Position numbers and translations under genes: made by a program | Part shown: positions 29,201 through 39,125 of the stretch, in pieces | How the letters are laid out: each line of letters opens with the position of its first letter | How positions within the stretch are numbered: position 1 is the stretch's first letter | NCBI GenBank assembly: GCA_963703285.1 | Contig: OY969807.1 | Span: 544,001 to 608,000 of the forward strand | Direction of reading: 5' to 3' | Length of the DNA stretch: 64,000 bases | DNA from: an uncultured Nitrososphaerota archaeon | GTDB taxonomy: Archaea > Thermoproteota > Nitrososphaeria > Nitrososphaerales > Gagatemarchaeaceae | Notes under the pieces: generated by a model | The model's input: the letters and a program-made list of their open reading frames with translations, nothing else | The model's database searches: none | Told to the model about the DNA's origin: nothing

Positions 29201-31489
29201 TTGACACTCGTTAGCGGCCTCATTGCCGGTGCCATGTGTTTCGTCCCTGGTCCGTTCCTCCTGGATTACTTGGCGAAGCGCGGGAAATTGAGGGTCTCCA
29301 AGACTGAAATAGTGCTACTGGGAAGCGTTGTTTGGAACTTTGTCTGGGTGAGTGGAGCTTACCTCGTCGCAATTCTTACCTCATCAATTGCCATATTCTA
29401 CTCGCTCTCGCTTATAATCGGTGCTTCGGTGGTCCTGCTCGACCTGTACGAAACGGCCCGGAGGGGTCCTCGGCTCAGGCTCCCATCTATCGACTTCGAC
29501 AGCGTACTCGCGTTGGCCCTAATCGCAGTCTTAGGGGTTATCATCAGCATCGAAATAATGGCGCACACCATCTACCAGGAGTTTGACGCGATTTTCTATT
29601 ATCTTCCTTTGGCGAAGTCTATAGTACTGACCGGCGGGCTGCATTTCGATCCCCTGCACGTCACGGGTCTTACGACTACAATGTCACCAGCCCTGCCTCT
29701 GATGTATGGTTCGGTGCTTTTCGTTTCTGGCTCGTTATCGGAATTTGGTATGGCGGTAAGAATTATTCCCTTGATGTACGTCGTACTCACGTCGGTAGCA
29801 GTGTATGCCCTCACCTCTGAAATCTTCGAAGATTCCAAGTTGGCGCTGGTCTCGACAATCTGTTTCCTCTCACTGCCTGTCTTGATGAGTATGTCCCTCA
29901 ACTTCACGCTCTACCTTGACATGGGTTTCGTCTTCGCAGCGACAGTCTCGATGTATCTTCTCGTCAGAGTTTTGAGATACCAGGGCAGCGACTCTTTCCG
30001 ATGGCTGGCTCTTGGCGTCTCGTTTGGCCTTTTGATGTTGATAGATGATACAGCGTATTTCATCGTACCGTCTCTGTTCATCCTGGCTATCATGCCTCGT
30101 TTGCGTGGTCTGGGGCGGAATTCGGCTGCTCTCCTAGGCGCTCTGGTGTTCACAGCGATCTACACTTTCTTCTTCGTAGTCGATGTTCTATTCCCGGGCA
30201 CGAGTTCTGAACTCGGAATTGTAGCCACGCAGACAACGATCTTCGGAACAATCGTCCTGGCGTTCCTGATTTTCCGCCGGATGGGGCTCGACAAGCTCAA
30301 TGCACCCAGCGGCCGACAAATTCTGCTGCTGATTTTACCGTCCGCCACAGCGGTCGTATTCATACTTCGCAACCTCCTAGAGTACAGGGTAGTGAGCTTT
30401 GATCTGATATGGTTTAACGCCGCGGTGTCTCGCGCTGAGAATCTATTAATCGCTCAATCCAGCATCAAGACGCCCCCTTCCATTGTGCCCAGTTTCCGGA
30501 ATCTTCTCGAGATTCTCTTCAGCTATAACGCTGGGTTCGTCCTTCTTTTGCCCTTGGTTCTAGGCATTGCAAGTCTTCTCATTTCATCTAAAATACAACC
30601 GGAAAAAAGACTCGTCTTCTTTCTCTTCTGGCTGATGCTCATTGATTTATGGGGATGGACATTCAATTTCTCATATGTCAGTTCGGAGCTCAGATGGGTG
30701 TACCCCTTCGCCCCACTTCTCGCGTTGCTGGCTGCCGCCGGCGTGGGGTTTGTCTCCAGAATGTGGAAGCTCCAGAACTCGATGGTCATTCGAGTGGTCT
30801 TCTTTGAATCACTCGCTCTGCTTTACTTGTGGACAGGTCCATTGAATATCAGCACTGGCGGAATGATATCCCTCGGTTACAAGTTTGAATACATCTTATC
30901 GCCCACGCTGGAGAGTCTTTCAATCCTCTGCATCTTCTTCATAATCGCTTTCATTCCAATTCGTTTCAAGAATCCGGACCGGCCGCGCGATTCAAGAAGG
31001 ATAGGGAAAGTCATCGTTATTGGGGGCTTACTTCTGCTTCTCGTCTTTCCCGTGTATTCCTTCGCATCTCCAGCCACCGCTAATCTGCAAAAGACCGATG
31101 CTGCTGCCCCTGCAGGCTGGGAGAACAACCTCTCTCAAGTCATAAACTACGTCAATAACAATCTGCCAAATAACTACACAATCCTTGTTTTTTATGCGCT
31201 GCACATCGCTTATTTCACGGATCACCCGGTCATCGACTTGACTAGCTACTTCGGGGTTGCTTCCATTCTTGGCCTAATTGGGGTGAACGACAGCAGAGCC
31301 ACGGAGGCCTTGCTGAATGACGGCGTGCACTACCTCTTGATACCTTCAACTGGCAACAGCTTCTATCAGTACTACATATCTCTCTCTAAGGACTTCACCT
31401 TTCTGAGTCCGCAATCAATAGCCACGAATCCCCAACTGGTTCTTGTTTCAAATTTCACCGATTACCAACTCTACCAAATAGAGAGCTGA
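29201..31489 (+). CDS. Large GT-C/ArnT(PMT_2)-like membrane glycosyltransferase
   Basis: FDAIFYYLPLAK, many TMs, LRWVYP, soluble C-terminal domain. Confidence 0.7.
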   Translation: MTLVSGLIAGAMCFVPGPFLLDYLAKRGKLRVSKTEIVLLGSVVWNFVWVSGAYLVAILTSSIAIFYSLSLIIGASVVLLDLYETARRGPRLRLPSIDFDSVLALALIAVLGVIISIEIMAHTIYQEFDAIFYYLPLAKSIVLTGGLHFDPLHVTGLTTTMSPALPLMYGSVLFVSGSLSEFGMAVRIIPLMYVVLTSVAVYALTSEIFEDSKLALVSTICFLSLPVLMSMSLNFTLYLDMGFVFAATVSMYLLVRVLRYQGSDSFRWLALGVSFGLLMLIDDTAYFIVPSLFILAIMPRLRGLGRNSAALLGALVFTAIYTFFFVVDVLFPGTSSELGIVATQTTIFGTIVLAFLIFRRMGLDKLNAPSGRQILLLILPSATAVVFILRNLLEYRVVSFDLIWFNAAVSRAENLLIAQSSIKTPPSIVPSFRNLLEILFSYNAGFVLLLPLVLGIASLLISSKIQPEKRLVFFLFWLMLIDLWGWTFNFSYVSSELRWVYPFAPLLALLAAAGVGFVSRMWKLQNSMVIRVVFFESLALLYLWTGPLNISTGGMISLGYKFEYILSPTLESLSILCIFFIIAFIPIRFKNPDRPRDSRRIGKVIVIGGLLLLLVFPVYSFASPATANLQKTDAAAPAGWENNLSQVINYVNNNLPNNYTILVFYALHIAYFTDHPVIDLTSYFGVASILGLIGVNDSRATEALLNDGVHYLLIPSTGNSFYQYYISLSKDFTFLSPQSIATNPQLVLVSNFTDYQLYQIES

Positions 31490-31539
31490 TTTCCAGACCG
31501 TCGTTCTTAAATCAGGCCAAGGAAGTCAAGGACTGCGAC

Positions 31540-32427
31540 TTGGATAGCGACCTGCCTAAAGTAAGCGTTGTAGTCCCCACATTCAACCGAAAGGTAAGCC
31601 TTTCCAAACTCCTTGATTCCATTCAGGAAATGCGCCCAGTACCAGTTGAGGTCATCGTGGTGAACGACGGTTCGACAGATGGAACAGCAGATTACGTGAG
31701 GATTAACTACCCTGGAGTCGAGCTGATTGAGTCCTCTGGATTTGGGCACCCTCGTGCCCGTTCCTTAGGGGCAAGTGTCGCGACGGGGAACCTAATCGCC
31801 TTCTTAGAGGACGACATGATTGTACCCATCGACTGGCTGGCGAAGGTAACCAAGGCCTTCGAGAATCCCGATGTTGGAATGGCGGGTTCCATAATCAGGA
31901 ACAGAGATGGGACGGTCTGGGGGCCGATAGTGTCATGCAGGCGGTTCGGCGACCAAGTGACCCTGCTCGACGAAACTTCGGTCGAACCAGTCCAGGTACA
32001 ATATGCCAACGAGTCGGGAACGGTAATCAAACGGGAAGTCCTACGCGTGCAAATGGTCGATAACGGGTTAATTGGAGACTCTTGGGGAGAAAGCATCTCC
32101 TTCTATTCGAGGGCGCGGAGACTCGGCTTCTCGACGGTCGGAGTTCCCCAAGCAATCCTCTTCCATGACTCCGAAACACCAGGAGGGGCTAAGGAGCGCT
32201 ACGGGAAAGGGCGAATCGAATATTACTACTCGTGGTACTCAAACAGAACCTACGTCTATCTCAAGTATCAAGCAACGACCAAAACCGTCCTCCCATTCTA
32301 CATAGCATACCGCGTGATGTTTATCTTTGCTCACGCCGCAAAACGACGCAAAGCCCTATTGTTCTACCTCGGTACTAAAGGAATGGTAGAGGGTTTGAAG
32401 CGGTTTCTCAGATCGGCACCTCTATGA
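31540..32427 (+). CDS. GT2 glycosyltransferase
   Basis: SVVVPTFNR, VNDGSTDGT and FLEDD motifs. Confidence 0.9.
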   Translation: MDSDLPKVSVVVPTFNRKVSLSKLLDSIQEMRPVPVEVIVVNDGSTDGTADYVRINYPGVELIESSGFGHPRARSLGASVATGNLIAFLEDDMIVPIDWLAKVTKAFENPDVGMAGSIIRNRDGTVWGPIVSCRRFGDQVTLLDETSVEPVQVQYANESGTVIKREVLRVQMVDNGLIGDSWGESISFYSRARRLGFSTVGVPQAILFHDSETPGGAKERYGKGRIEYYYSWYSNRTYVYLKYQATTKTVLPFYIAYRVMFIFAHAAKRRKALLFYLGTKGMVEGLKRFLRSAPL

Positions 32428-32648
32428 TGGTGCAGAGCCCTAGACAGACAGCGATTAAGGCCATGCTAATCGTTGTCTCAATGGCCGATGAGCTCGTTAT
32501 CCTGCTGGGTTCTGCGCTACGGGATGTTCATGATTTGTAAAGAATGACATCTATCGGAGGGTGCTCTCATTAGCCCAAAAGGACACGTTACGCGTTAGTC
32601 ACACCAATAAACCGTCAGTGTTAGTAACCCTTTGTCTGAAGCGTTGAA

Positions 32649-33650
32649 ATGAGTATGGCGCGGAGTAGAATAGGGATCACGGGCGGCGCGGGATACATCG
32701 GCAGTAGCCTTGCTCCAAGATTGTCGGAAGTTTTCGATATCAAGATGCTCGACGTCAGGGAACCGCGCTCCATCCCGACCGATTGTACCTTCCAACCCTG
32801 CGACGTGCGGGACTACGACTCTCTTTCAAAATGCCTATCGGACGTCGACCTCGTCGTTCACACAGCTATCATCCAGATTCCGCAGATAACCAAGCTAAGG
32901 AGACTTGCGTACGAAGTCAACTTTCTAGGGACACAGAACGTCTGCAGGGTCGTCGGGGAATCAGAGCGCGCAAAGGGAATGATTCTCTCGAGCTCTTGGC
33001 ATACCGTTGGCGAACATGGAATTGGTGGGACGATTGACGAGTCGTTCGGCTACCGTCCAGACAAGGTCGAGCCGCGCGCCAGGCTCTACGCGCTTTCGAA
33101 GATAGCGCAGGAGAGCGTTGTCCGATTCTACGACGAATCATTCGAGAAGACCTACGGCATGATTAGGATGGGAACTGTCCTGGGCCAGAATATGCCAGCC
33201 GCGACGGCCGCGAACACCTTCATCGAGAAGGCCCTAGGAGGAGAGGCCCTCACGCCCTTTAAGCATAGCATGTACCGGCCAATGTTCTTCGTCGATATAG
33301 ACGATGTCACCGAAGCTTACATGTCATTTGCAAAAGGCATACTGAATGGTGAGATTCCAAAGAGTAGCGACAGCCTCGCTCATATCGTCAATTTCTTCCT
33401 CCCCCAGCCAGTAACCGTTCTAGAGCTTGCCGAAATCGTGGCAGAGTCCGTAAGTCATCTAAGCGGAGGAGCCCTCAATCCTCGGATAGAAGTTGTAGAC
33501 AACGGGGTGGCTTCTCAGTTCACCAAAGATGATAAGGAGAGAGTTCACAGTGACAACCAAAAATCGAGAGAACTGCTTCACGTTGAACCCACGACAAGCG
33601 TGCGTGAATCAATCGACAAGGTAGTCCGCGCTCGCCTCAATCACTCCTAG
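32649..33650 (+). CDS. NAD-dependent epimerase/dehydratase
   Basis: TGGAGYIG and YALSK motifs. Confidence 0.88.
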   Translation: MSMARSRIGITGGAGYIGSSLAPRLSEVFDIKMLDVREPRSIPTDCTFQPCDVRDYDSLSKCLSDVDLVVHTAIIQIPQITKLRRLAYEVNFLGTQNVCRVVGESERAKGMILSSSWHTVGEHGIGGTIDESFGYRPDKVEPRARLYALSKIAQESVVRFYDESFEKTYGMIRMGTVLGQNMPAATAANTFIEKALGGEALTPFKHSMYRPMFFVDIDDVTEAYMSFAKGILNGEIPKSSDSLAHIVNFFLPQPVTVLELAEIVAESVSHLSGGALNPRIEVVDNGVASQFTKDDKERVHSDNQKSRELLHVEPTTSVRESIDKVVRARLNHS

Positions 33651-33672
33651 TCAGCTTGCGCAAACAAGAGAC

Positions 33673-34536
33673 TTACCTTTCCCAGAAGTAGCTGAACAAC
33701 GAACTTGTCTTCGTGAGGTCCTCAGCAAGCTTGCGGACGCTCTCCTTGGCCTGCTCGGGGCTCTTTGCCTCTTGGCTCTTCGCGGCGATGTGCACGGCCA
33801 TCGGCACGGTTGCCATCGAAGCCATTTGCCGGGTCCGCTGGGGAGCGACCGAAATCGGGGAGATAGAGTCGTACACCTGCAGCGCCCAGAGCGCGGGCAT
33901 GAAGGCCAAGAGTATTATGCAGGCCTCGCTGAGGCCGGCGCTATAACCCGTGATACGGGACATCCACGTGAGAGCGTACGGAGGCAAGGCCGCCGTGCCG
34001 GTCACGAACGCGTAGATCCTCTCGGGGAGAATCGTGTACCAGGAGGACAGGATGCTCAGTGCCGCGCCTGCGCCCAGGAACAGCCAGCCCTTCTTGGACC
34101 TCTTCTCATAGAATTGCCCTAGCCCCATCAGCCCGAAGAACCCCGGGACGGTGGAGAGTATCAGCTTCTTTATCGAGCCAGAGACGTGCAGCCCGCTGCC
34201 GAGCATCGAACCGGTTCCCATCGAGCTGGGTCCCATGGAGGGCATGGGACTTGGAAAGTTGGAGGCTTGGGAAATCATTGGTGCGGCAGCCGTGGTCTCC
34301 ACGACCCCCTCGTCGCTGGGCGTGCGAACGAGCGAGAAGGGCATGAAGGTTGGCGGGCTGAGGATTGGGTTCACAGAGTTCACTGTCAGGTAGCTAGCGT
34401 ACTTCCTTGACGCCACCCGGGCTTTGCTCGCGCCGCTCCTCAACGAGAGGATCTGGCTTGCGGGATTGAAGATGCTTCTACTCATCGACAGTGAAATGCT
34501 GTCTTCGTAGCGGAAACCTCTGAGTCGGGCTGCCAT
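33673..34536 (-). CDS. Membrane protein, paralogous to the C-terminal half of 15752-16753
   Basis: GFFGLMGLGQFY...GWLFL...SSWYTILPERI. Confidence 0.65.
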   Translation of the reverse strand: MAARLRGFRYEDSISLSMSRSIFNPASQILSLRSGASKARVASRKYASYLTVNSVNPILSPPTFMPFSLVRTPSDEGVVETTAAAPMISQASNFPSPMPSMGPSSMGTGSMLGSGLHVSGSIKKLILSTVPGFFGLMGLGQFYEKRSKKGWLFLGAGAALSILSSWYTILPERIYAFVTGTAALPPYALTWMSRITGYSAGLSEACIILLAFMPALWALQVYDSISPISVAPQRTRQMASMATVPMAVHIAAKSQEAKSPEQAKESVRKLAEDLTKTSSLFSYFWER

Positions 34537-34826
34537 ATGCCAACGTCGTTAGAGTACATTGGACGGTATATAAATTTAGAGATTACACGTAGTTTGAAAG
34601 TAGTTTACGTGCGTAGTCTGACACCTGCCCGATAGCCCTTCTTACAGAATTAGCATTAAATGACCCCTTTATCATGCACGAATTACAGACCCATTATCTA
34701 GAGGGATACCATCTCAGAATACACCTGTTTCTACAGACTAACTCTCATGGAGAATCTAACACGCTAGTCTTCACCGACACATTCGCGACCGAAAAAAGCC
34801 ATACACGCGCCATATGGTCGGATTTC

Positions 34827-35117
34827 CTAGATCGTCAGCCCGAAACCCATCACGAAAGCCTCCGCCTTCTTGATCTGGTTGATGAAGTCGAGCCCCTCCT
34901 GTGTCAGGACGTAGTACTTGCTGTCCTCGTCCTGCCTCTCCTCCAGCAGCCCCTTCGCGCTGAGCTCCCCGAGGTACTTCACGAGCCTGTCGTGCGAGAG
35001 GTTCGCCTTGTAGAGTATCCTGGTCGGCTTGGTGTTCCCCTCGTCCCTCACGGTGACGAGGATGTCGAGGTAAATCTTGAGGGAGCTCCGGGGCTTCTCA
35101 GTCGACACCGCGACCAC
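34827..35117 (-). CDS. Winged-helix regulator (archaeal HTH_45-like)
   Basis: RSSLKIYLDIL...KPTRILYKANLS...YVLTQEG. Confidence 0.88.
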   Translation of the reverse strand: MVAVSTEKPRSSLKIYLDILVTVRDEGNTKPTRILYKANLSHDRLVKYLGELSAKGLLEERQDEDSKYYVLTQEGLDFINQIKKAEAFVMGFGLTI

Positions 35118-35781
35118 TCCAAATCAGGAAGAAGAGAAGGGAGACGAAGCCGCACACCTCGACCGTGTTGCCCACGAGGAAGACGTTGTTGTCGACTGCG
35201 ATGGCGGCGGTAAGCATCAGCACGTGGGCGAAGAAGATGAGGGCGAAGCCGAAGAGGACCATCAGGGAGAGGTTGCTCTTCGTGTGCGCGAAGATCCTGA
35301 CGCCGTGGTAGACTATCAGGAACAGTAGGACCACTATGGCGGCCTGTGAGGCTATGTATATCGCGAGGACGAGGACGATGTACTCCAGGAGCTTCTTCGT
35401 GACCGCGTTGGTGCCCACCAGCACCCCGGGTATCGCCCCGGCCTTCGCGGTGGCGCGGGAGAAGAAGCTGAGCCCGTATCCCCAGGCGAAGAGGCCGTAG
35501 GCCAGGAGCTGGAGGGCCGTGTAGATGAGGAAGGCGACGAGCTCCACCCCCCGCACCCTGAGCGCGTCGATGGCCGTGGCCCTGACGATGGTCTCCGTCC
35601 CCGCCTGGAGGAAGAGGCCCACGCCGAGCAGGAGGAAGCCGAAGCTGATGTACCTCAGCAGTATGCTCCCGACCAGCCGGTTGTTCTTGTAGGCGTAGTA
35701 GCTTATCAGCAGGGCTACCGCGCCGCTCAGAACGTTGAGGACCGAGATTATGGTCGCTGTGGGCACGGCCGGACGAACCAA
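35098..35781 (-). CDS. 7-TM-like archaeal membrane protein coupled to the wHTH gene
   Basis: About seven hydrophobic helices; overlaps the wHTH start. Confidence 0.75.
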   Translation of the reverse strand: MVRPAVPTATIISVLNVLSGAVALLISYYAYKNNRLVGSILLRYISFGFLLLGVGLFLQAGTETIVRATAIDALRVRGVELVAFLIYTALQLLAYGLFAWGYGLSFFSRATAKAGAIPGVLVGTNAVTKKLLEYIVLVLAIYIASQAAIVVLLFLIVYHGVRIFAHTKSNLSLMVLFGFALIFFAHVLMLTAAIAVDNNVFLVGNTVEVCGFVSLLFFLIWSGRGVD

Positions 35782-36033
35782 AGCTCGGACAAAGCGGATT
35801 AAACTCTTGCGATGCCGATTCTATGGTCATCTCCAGGGGAGGCCAGCTGCCACGGCGGAGAGACCGATCGTGGCGCCGCGTCGGGGGGCTAGTCAGCACT
35901 GGGTTTGTCAGTGGGAGCCGTCCCCAGAGGTTGAACGGAAACGGTTTCCATCTCTCCCCCATTAGCATGATACACCCAACGGTTCGAGGCACCAACGGCA
36001 CAATCAAGAGCATGACGTGATGTGAATAAGCAG

Positions 36034-36100
36034 GCGTCGGCCTCCTAAGCTGAAGGGATACTCTGAGAGACCGTGGGTTCAGGTCCCATCGGGCCCGCCA
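36034..36100 (+). pseudogene. tRNA-Arg(CCT) 3' two-thirds with a ~14 nt variable-loop insert; 5' acceptor strand and D-arm missing
   Basis: tcggc-ctCCTaa-gctga anticodon arm; gtggg-ttcaggt-cccat T-arm; cgggccc-g-cca end. Confidence 0.7.
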
Positions 36101-36160
36101 CCATTCAAGTCCTTTTATATCGCAGACAAAGAGAGTGCGTTCCGAGCTAGTGAGCGAGGC

Positions 36161-37966
36161 TTGAAACGAAAAGCCGGGCTCTTGCCCTTTGCTGTTTTCT
36201 TCGTCCTCTTGTTACTACTTGTTTTCCCGCAAGGCCACGCCGCTCTCTCGACCGGTCAAGCAGCGGGCATCGTAATCGGACAGAGCACCTTCGGGACGGA
36301 AGGATCCGCGACTACCCAGACCGGCCTGAACAGCCCTGTGAACAGCGTCTTCGACCCGTCTGGCGACCTCTGGGTTGTGGAGCTGACCAATAGCCGCGTG
36401 CTCGAGTACCTACCTGGCACCGGCGGGTGCCCGTCAGGCCAGTTCTGCAACGGCATGGCGGCCTCGGTGGTCATAGGACAGCCGAGCTTCACTAGCAGCA
36501 CAGTCAACTCCGGCTTCGCTTCCTGCAACGGGGTCGCCGTCACCGCCGGCGCCGTCAGCGCGTGCGGTCTGAGCACCCCCAAGGGCATCGCCTTCGACGC
36601 GCTGACCGGCGACCTCTGGGTCTCGGACTTCGGCAACAACCGGGTCTTGGAGTACGTACCCGGCACAGGCGGGTGCTCGGTGGGGTTCTGCAACGGCATG
36701 GCGGCCTCGGTTGTCATAGGACAGCCGAACTTCAATAGCAACACGGCCAACGCGGGCTTCGCCTCGTGCGACGGCTCCCCCGTCACATCCGGCACCGACA
36801 GTGCGTGCGGTCTTGGCGGTCCGCGGGGCATCGTTTTCGACGCCTCCGACAACCTCTGGATTACGGATAACAACCGCGTTCTCGAATATTCCAACCTCGT
36901 CGAAGCCATCACCCCCTCCCCGGTCACCATCGACACCGGTCAGGCGATCACGCTGACCTCTCACAGCACGGGAGGATTCGGCCCCTACACCTACCAGTGG
37001 TACACGGCTCCAAGCCCCGGCACGTGCACCGCGAGCGACACCTCCCTGGGAGCGACCACTTCCACCTACTCCGTCCCGTCATCCACAACGCCGGGTACCT
37101 ACAACTACTGCTACGTAATCACCGACAGCACCGGAGCCAGCGGGGGCTCACCGACCGACGCGGTCACGGTCGACGCCATAACAATCGGAGCCATCACCCC
37201 CGCCTCTCCCACGATCGACAGCGGCTCGATGATCACGCTCACCTCAGCCGCCCCTACCGGCGGCACGGGCGGCGGGTTCACCTATCAGTGGTACTCCGGG
37301 ACGAGCGCGACCTGTTCGTCGGATCCGACCGCCCTGGGCACGGCGCTCGCCCAGGTGGTGTCTCCGACCTCGAACACGGACTACTGCGTCCAGGTGACAG
37401 ATGCCGGTGTCACGCCCGGCGCCGGGCCGCTTTTCAGTTCCACTGACTTGGTGGCGGTCAGCTCTGGGCTAATCGCAGGCGCTATCGCCCCCTCCAGCAC
37501 ATCAATCGACAGTGGCCAGTCCATCACTCTGACGGCCAACCCGTCCGGAGGCACCACCCCGTACTACTACCAGTGGTACACCGGGGCAGGCTGCACGTCT
37601 CCGATATCCGGTGCCGCATCCTCCACCTACACCACGGGACCTCTGACCTCGGACACGACCTACTATTACGAGGTCACGGACTCCGCGCACCCGTCCGTCA
37701 GCGCATGCTCGGCCGGCACCACGGTCTCCGTGATTCCGCCTCTCCCAGACACGACGGGAGGAGTCTTCATGCCAGTGGGCTCGACCTTCACAGATGCCTA
37801 TGGGAACACTTGGCTCACTCCCGGCGGCAGCGCATTCGGCAATCCCCTCCAGAGCTACTTCTTCGTGGGTCCGGCCACCCTCATCCCATCACCAATGCAG
37901 GAAGGGTGGGGAGGGGTGTACGGGACATACGGCGGGCAACTGGGCTGGATAGTCACGTTCTACTAA
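36161..37966 (+). CDS. Secreted NHL-repeat and Ig-like surface protein
   Basis: Signal peptide; repeated FD..GDLWV.D..NNRVLEY and AASVVIGQP; SGGTTPYYYQWY Ig modules. Confidence 0.85.
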   Translation: MKRKAGLLPFAVFFVLLLLLVFPQGHAALSTGQAAGIVIGQSTFGTEGSATTQTGLNSPVNSVFDPSGDLWVVELTNSRVLEYLPGTGGCPSGQFCNGMAASVVIGQPSFTSSTVNSGFASCNGVAVTAGAVSACGLSTPKGIAFDALTGDLWVSDFGNNRVLEYVPGTGGCSVGFCNGMAASVVIGQPNFNSNTANAGFASCDGSPVTSGTDSACGLGGPRGIVFDASDNLWITDNNRVLEYSNLVEAITPSPVTIDTGQAITLTSHSTGGFGPYTYQWYTAPSPGTCTASDTSLGATTSTYSVPSSTTPGTYNYCYVITDSTGASGGSPTDAVTVDAITIGAITPASPTIDSGSMITLTSAAPTGGTGGGFTYQWYSGTSATCSSDPTALGTALAQVVSPTSNTDYCVQVTDAGVTPGAGPLFSSTDLVAVSSGLIAGAIAPSSTSIDSGQSITLTANPSGGTTPYYYQWYTGAGCTSPISGAASSTYTTGPLTSDTTYYYEVTDSAHPSVSACSAGTTVSVIPPLPDTTGGVFMPVGSTFTDAYGNTWLTPGGSAFGNPLQSYFFVGPATLIPSPMQEGWGGVYGTYGGQLGWIVTFY

Positions 37967-38099
37967 ATTCGAACCGACGACGGGTCTTGTTTCCCATATT
38001 CGCTTGGATAATCAACTGCAGTTGACGGAGATTCGAAATCGAGGGAAGGTTTTCTAATCGCGACCACCATCTGGCGCCCACTCGGACGAAGCAACCGCC

Positions 38100-38430
38100 G
38101 GAGAGAGCCCCAAGATAAAGCTGCGAATCGAGTGACTATCCGACCTCATCTTCGGACTTGCGCTCTGCATCGGCGCGATCGCCCTCATCGAGCACATCCC
38201 GAACGACGCGTCGGGGCTCCTGTCCGATGTGGAGCTCTTCGGGTTCAGCTTCCTGATAATCGTGGCTAACTGGGTCGCATACACACGCATAGACTCAGCG
38301 CTTCCCGTCGAGACCTCGAGTGCGCTGATTCTCAACCTCGCTCTCTTGTTCTGCGTCGTAATCGAGCCCTTCCTCTTCTACGTCTTCGAAACCTCGACGG
38401 GAGCGTTCTACGACACCACGTCCGCAGCCT
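38100..38430 (+). pseudogene. TMEM175/DUF1211 potassium-channel pseudogene
   Basis: RIE*LSDLIFGLAL signature with in-frame TGA at 38133; FGFSFLII..W..Y...LNLALLFCV; truncated at ~38430. Confidence 0.7.
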
Positions 38431-38560
38431 TCGCCCCGTCCAGGGGCATGATGGCGATCATGTTGAACGTCGCGAGGAAGACGTTGATGTACGAGCCCAG
38501 GACACCCGCCACGAAGGTGTACGGGTTGCCCGTCGCGATGCCCAGGAAGTAGAGCGGGAG
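38428..38560 (-). pseudogene. Fragment of an M50 (site-2) protease gene
   Basis: PLYFLGIATGNPYTFVAGVLGSYINVFLATFNMIAIMPLDGAK aligns with the C-terminus of 59822-60703. Confidence 0.75.
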
Positions 38561-38592
38561 AACTTATAAATCGGTAAGACATTCTTACAGAC

Positions 38593-38874
38593 ATGGTAGA
38601 ACAAGCCCAAGAGATAGAGTTCACCAAAGCCAGTTCCAAAGGACAAGTGGTGATACCAACTAGAATACGGAAGAAGTTTGGCATCAAGGAAGGTAGCGTC
38701 TTCGCCGTAGCAGCCCAAGGCGACATGATAGTGCTGAAGAAGATAGAGTCTGGCGTGTCCGCTGAAGATTTGAAGAGTCTCCGGCTTATTGAAGAGGCCT
38801 GGAAGGACATTGAAGAAGGGAGGTACAGCGTCCGATCCAAGGAGGCTTTCTTCAAAGAGCTGAAAGAATGGTAG
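38593..38874 (+). CDS. AbrB-family antitoxin
   Basis: SSKGQVVIPTRIRKKFGIKEG; upstream gtaaga-cat-tcttac inverted repeat. Confidence 0.9.
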   Translation: MVEQAQEIEFTKASSKGQVVIPTRIRKKFGIKEGSVFAVAAQGDMIVLKKIESGVSAEDLKSLRLIEEAWKDIEEGRYSVRSKEAFFKELKEW

Positions 38875-39125
38875 AGATTAAGGAAATAGTCTATACGCAA
38901 AAGTTCGAACGAGACGTAAGAAAAATTCGAGACATCCTCGTGAAGGATAGGCTGCGGAAGCAGATAGAGAAGATTGCGGACGACCCAGAATCTGGAAAAC
39001 CGCTAAGGTACGGTTTGAAGGGGGAGCGGGCAATCCGAATCCCGCCCTACAGATTAGTCTACGCCGTTCAGCAAGACAGACTCATCCTGCTCCGTTTTGA
39101 ACATCGGAAGGCAGTGTACCAATAG
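38868..39125 (+). CDS. relE: RelE/ParE-family toxin
   Basis: TQKFERDVRK...P..GKPLRYGLKG...RIPPYRLVY...HRKAVY. Confidence 0.9.
   Translation: MVEIKEIVYTQKFERDVRKIRDILVKDRLRKQIEKIADDPESGKPLRYGLKGERAIRIPPYRLVYAVQQDRLILLRFEHRKAVYQ

Noticed and set aside
35826-36030. GC-rich stretch as a riboswitch, RNase P RNA or SRP RNA
   Set aside because: No conserved signature recognisable by eye; an Rfam/Infernal scan would be needed.
36400-36820. Internal repeat as a DGR template/variable pair
   Set aside because: Both copies are in frame within one gene, differences are not adenine-specific, and no reverse transcriptase is present.
38133-38135. In-frame TGA codons (also ~27294) as Sec or recoding
   Set aside because: Both genes carry additional truncations or frameshifts; ordinary decay is simpler.
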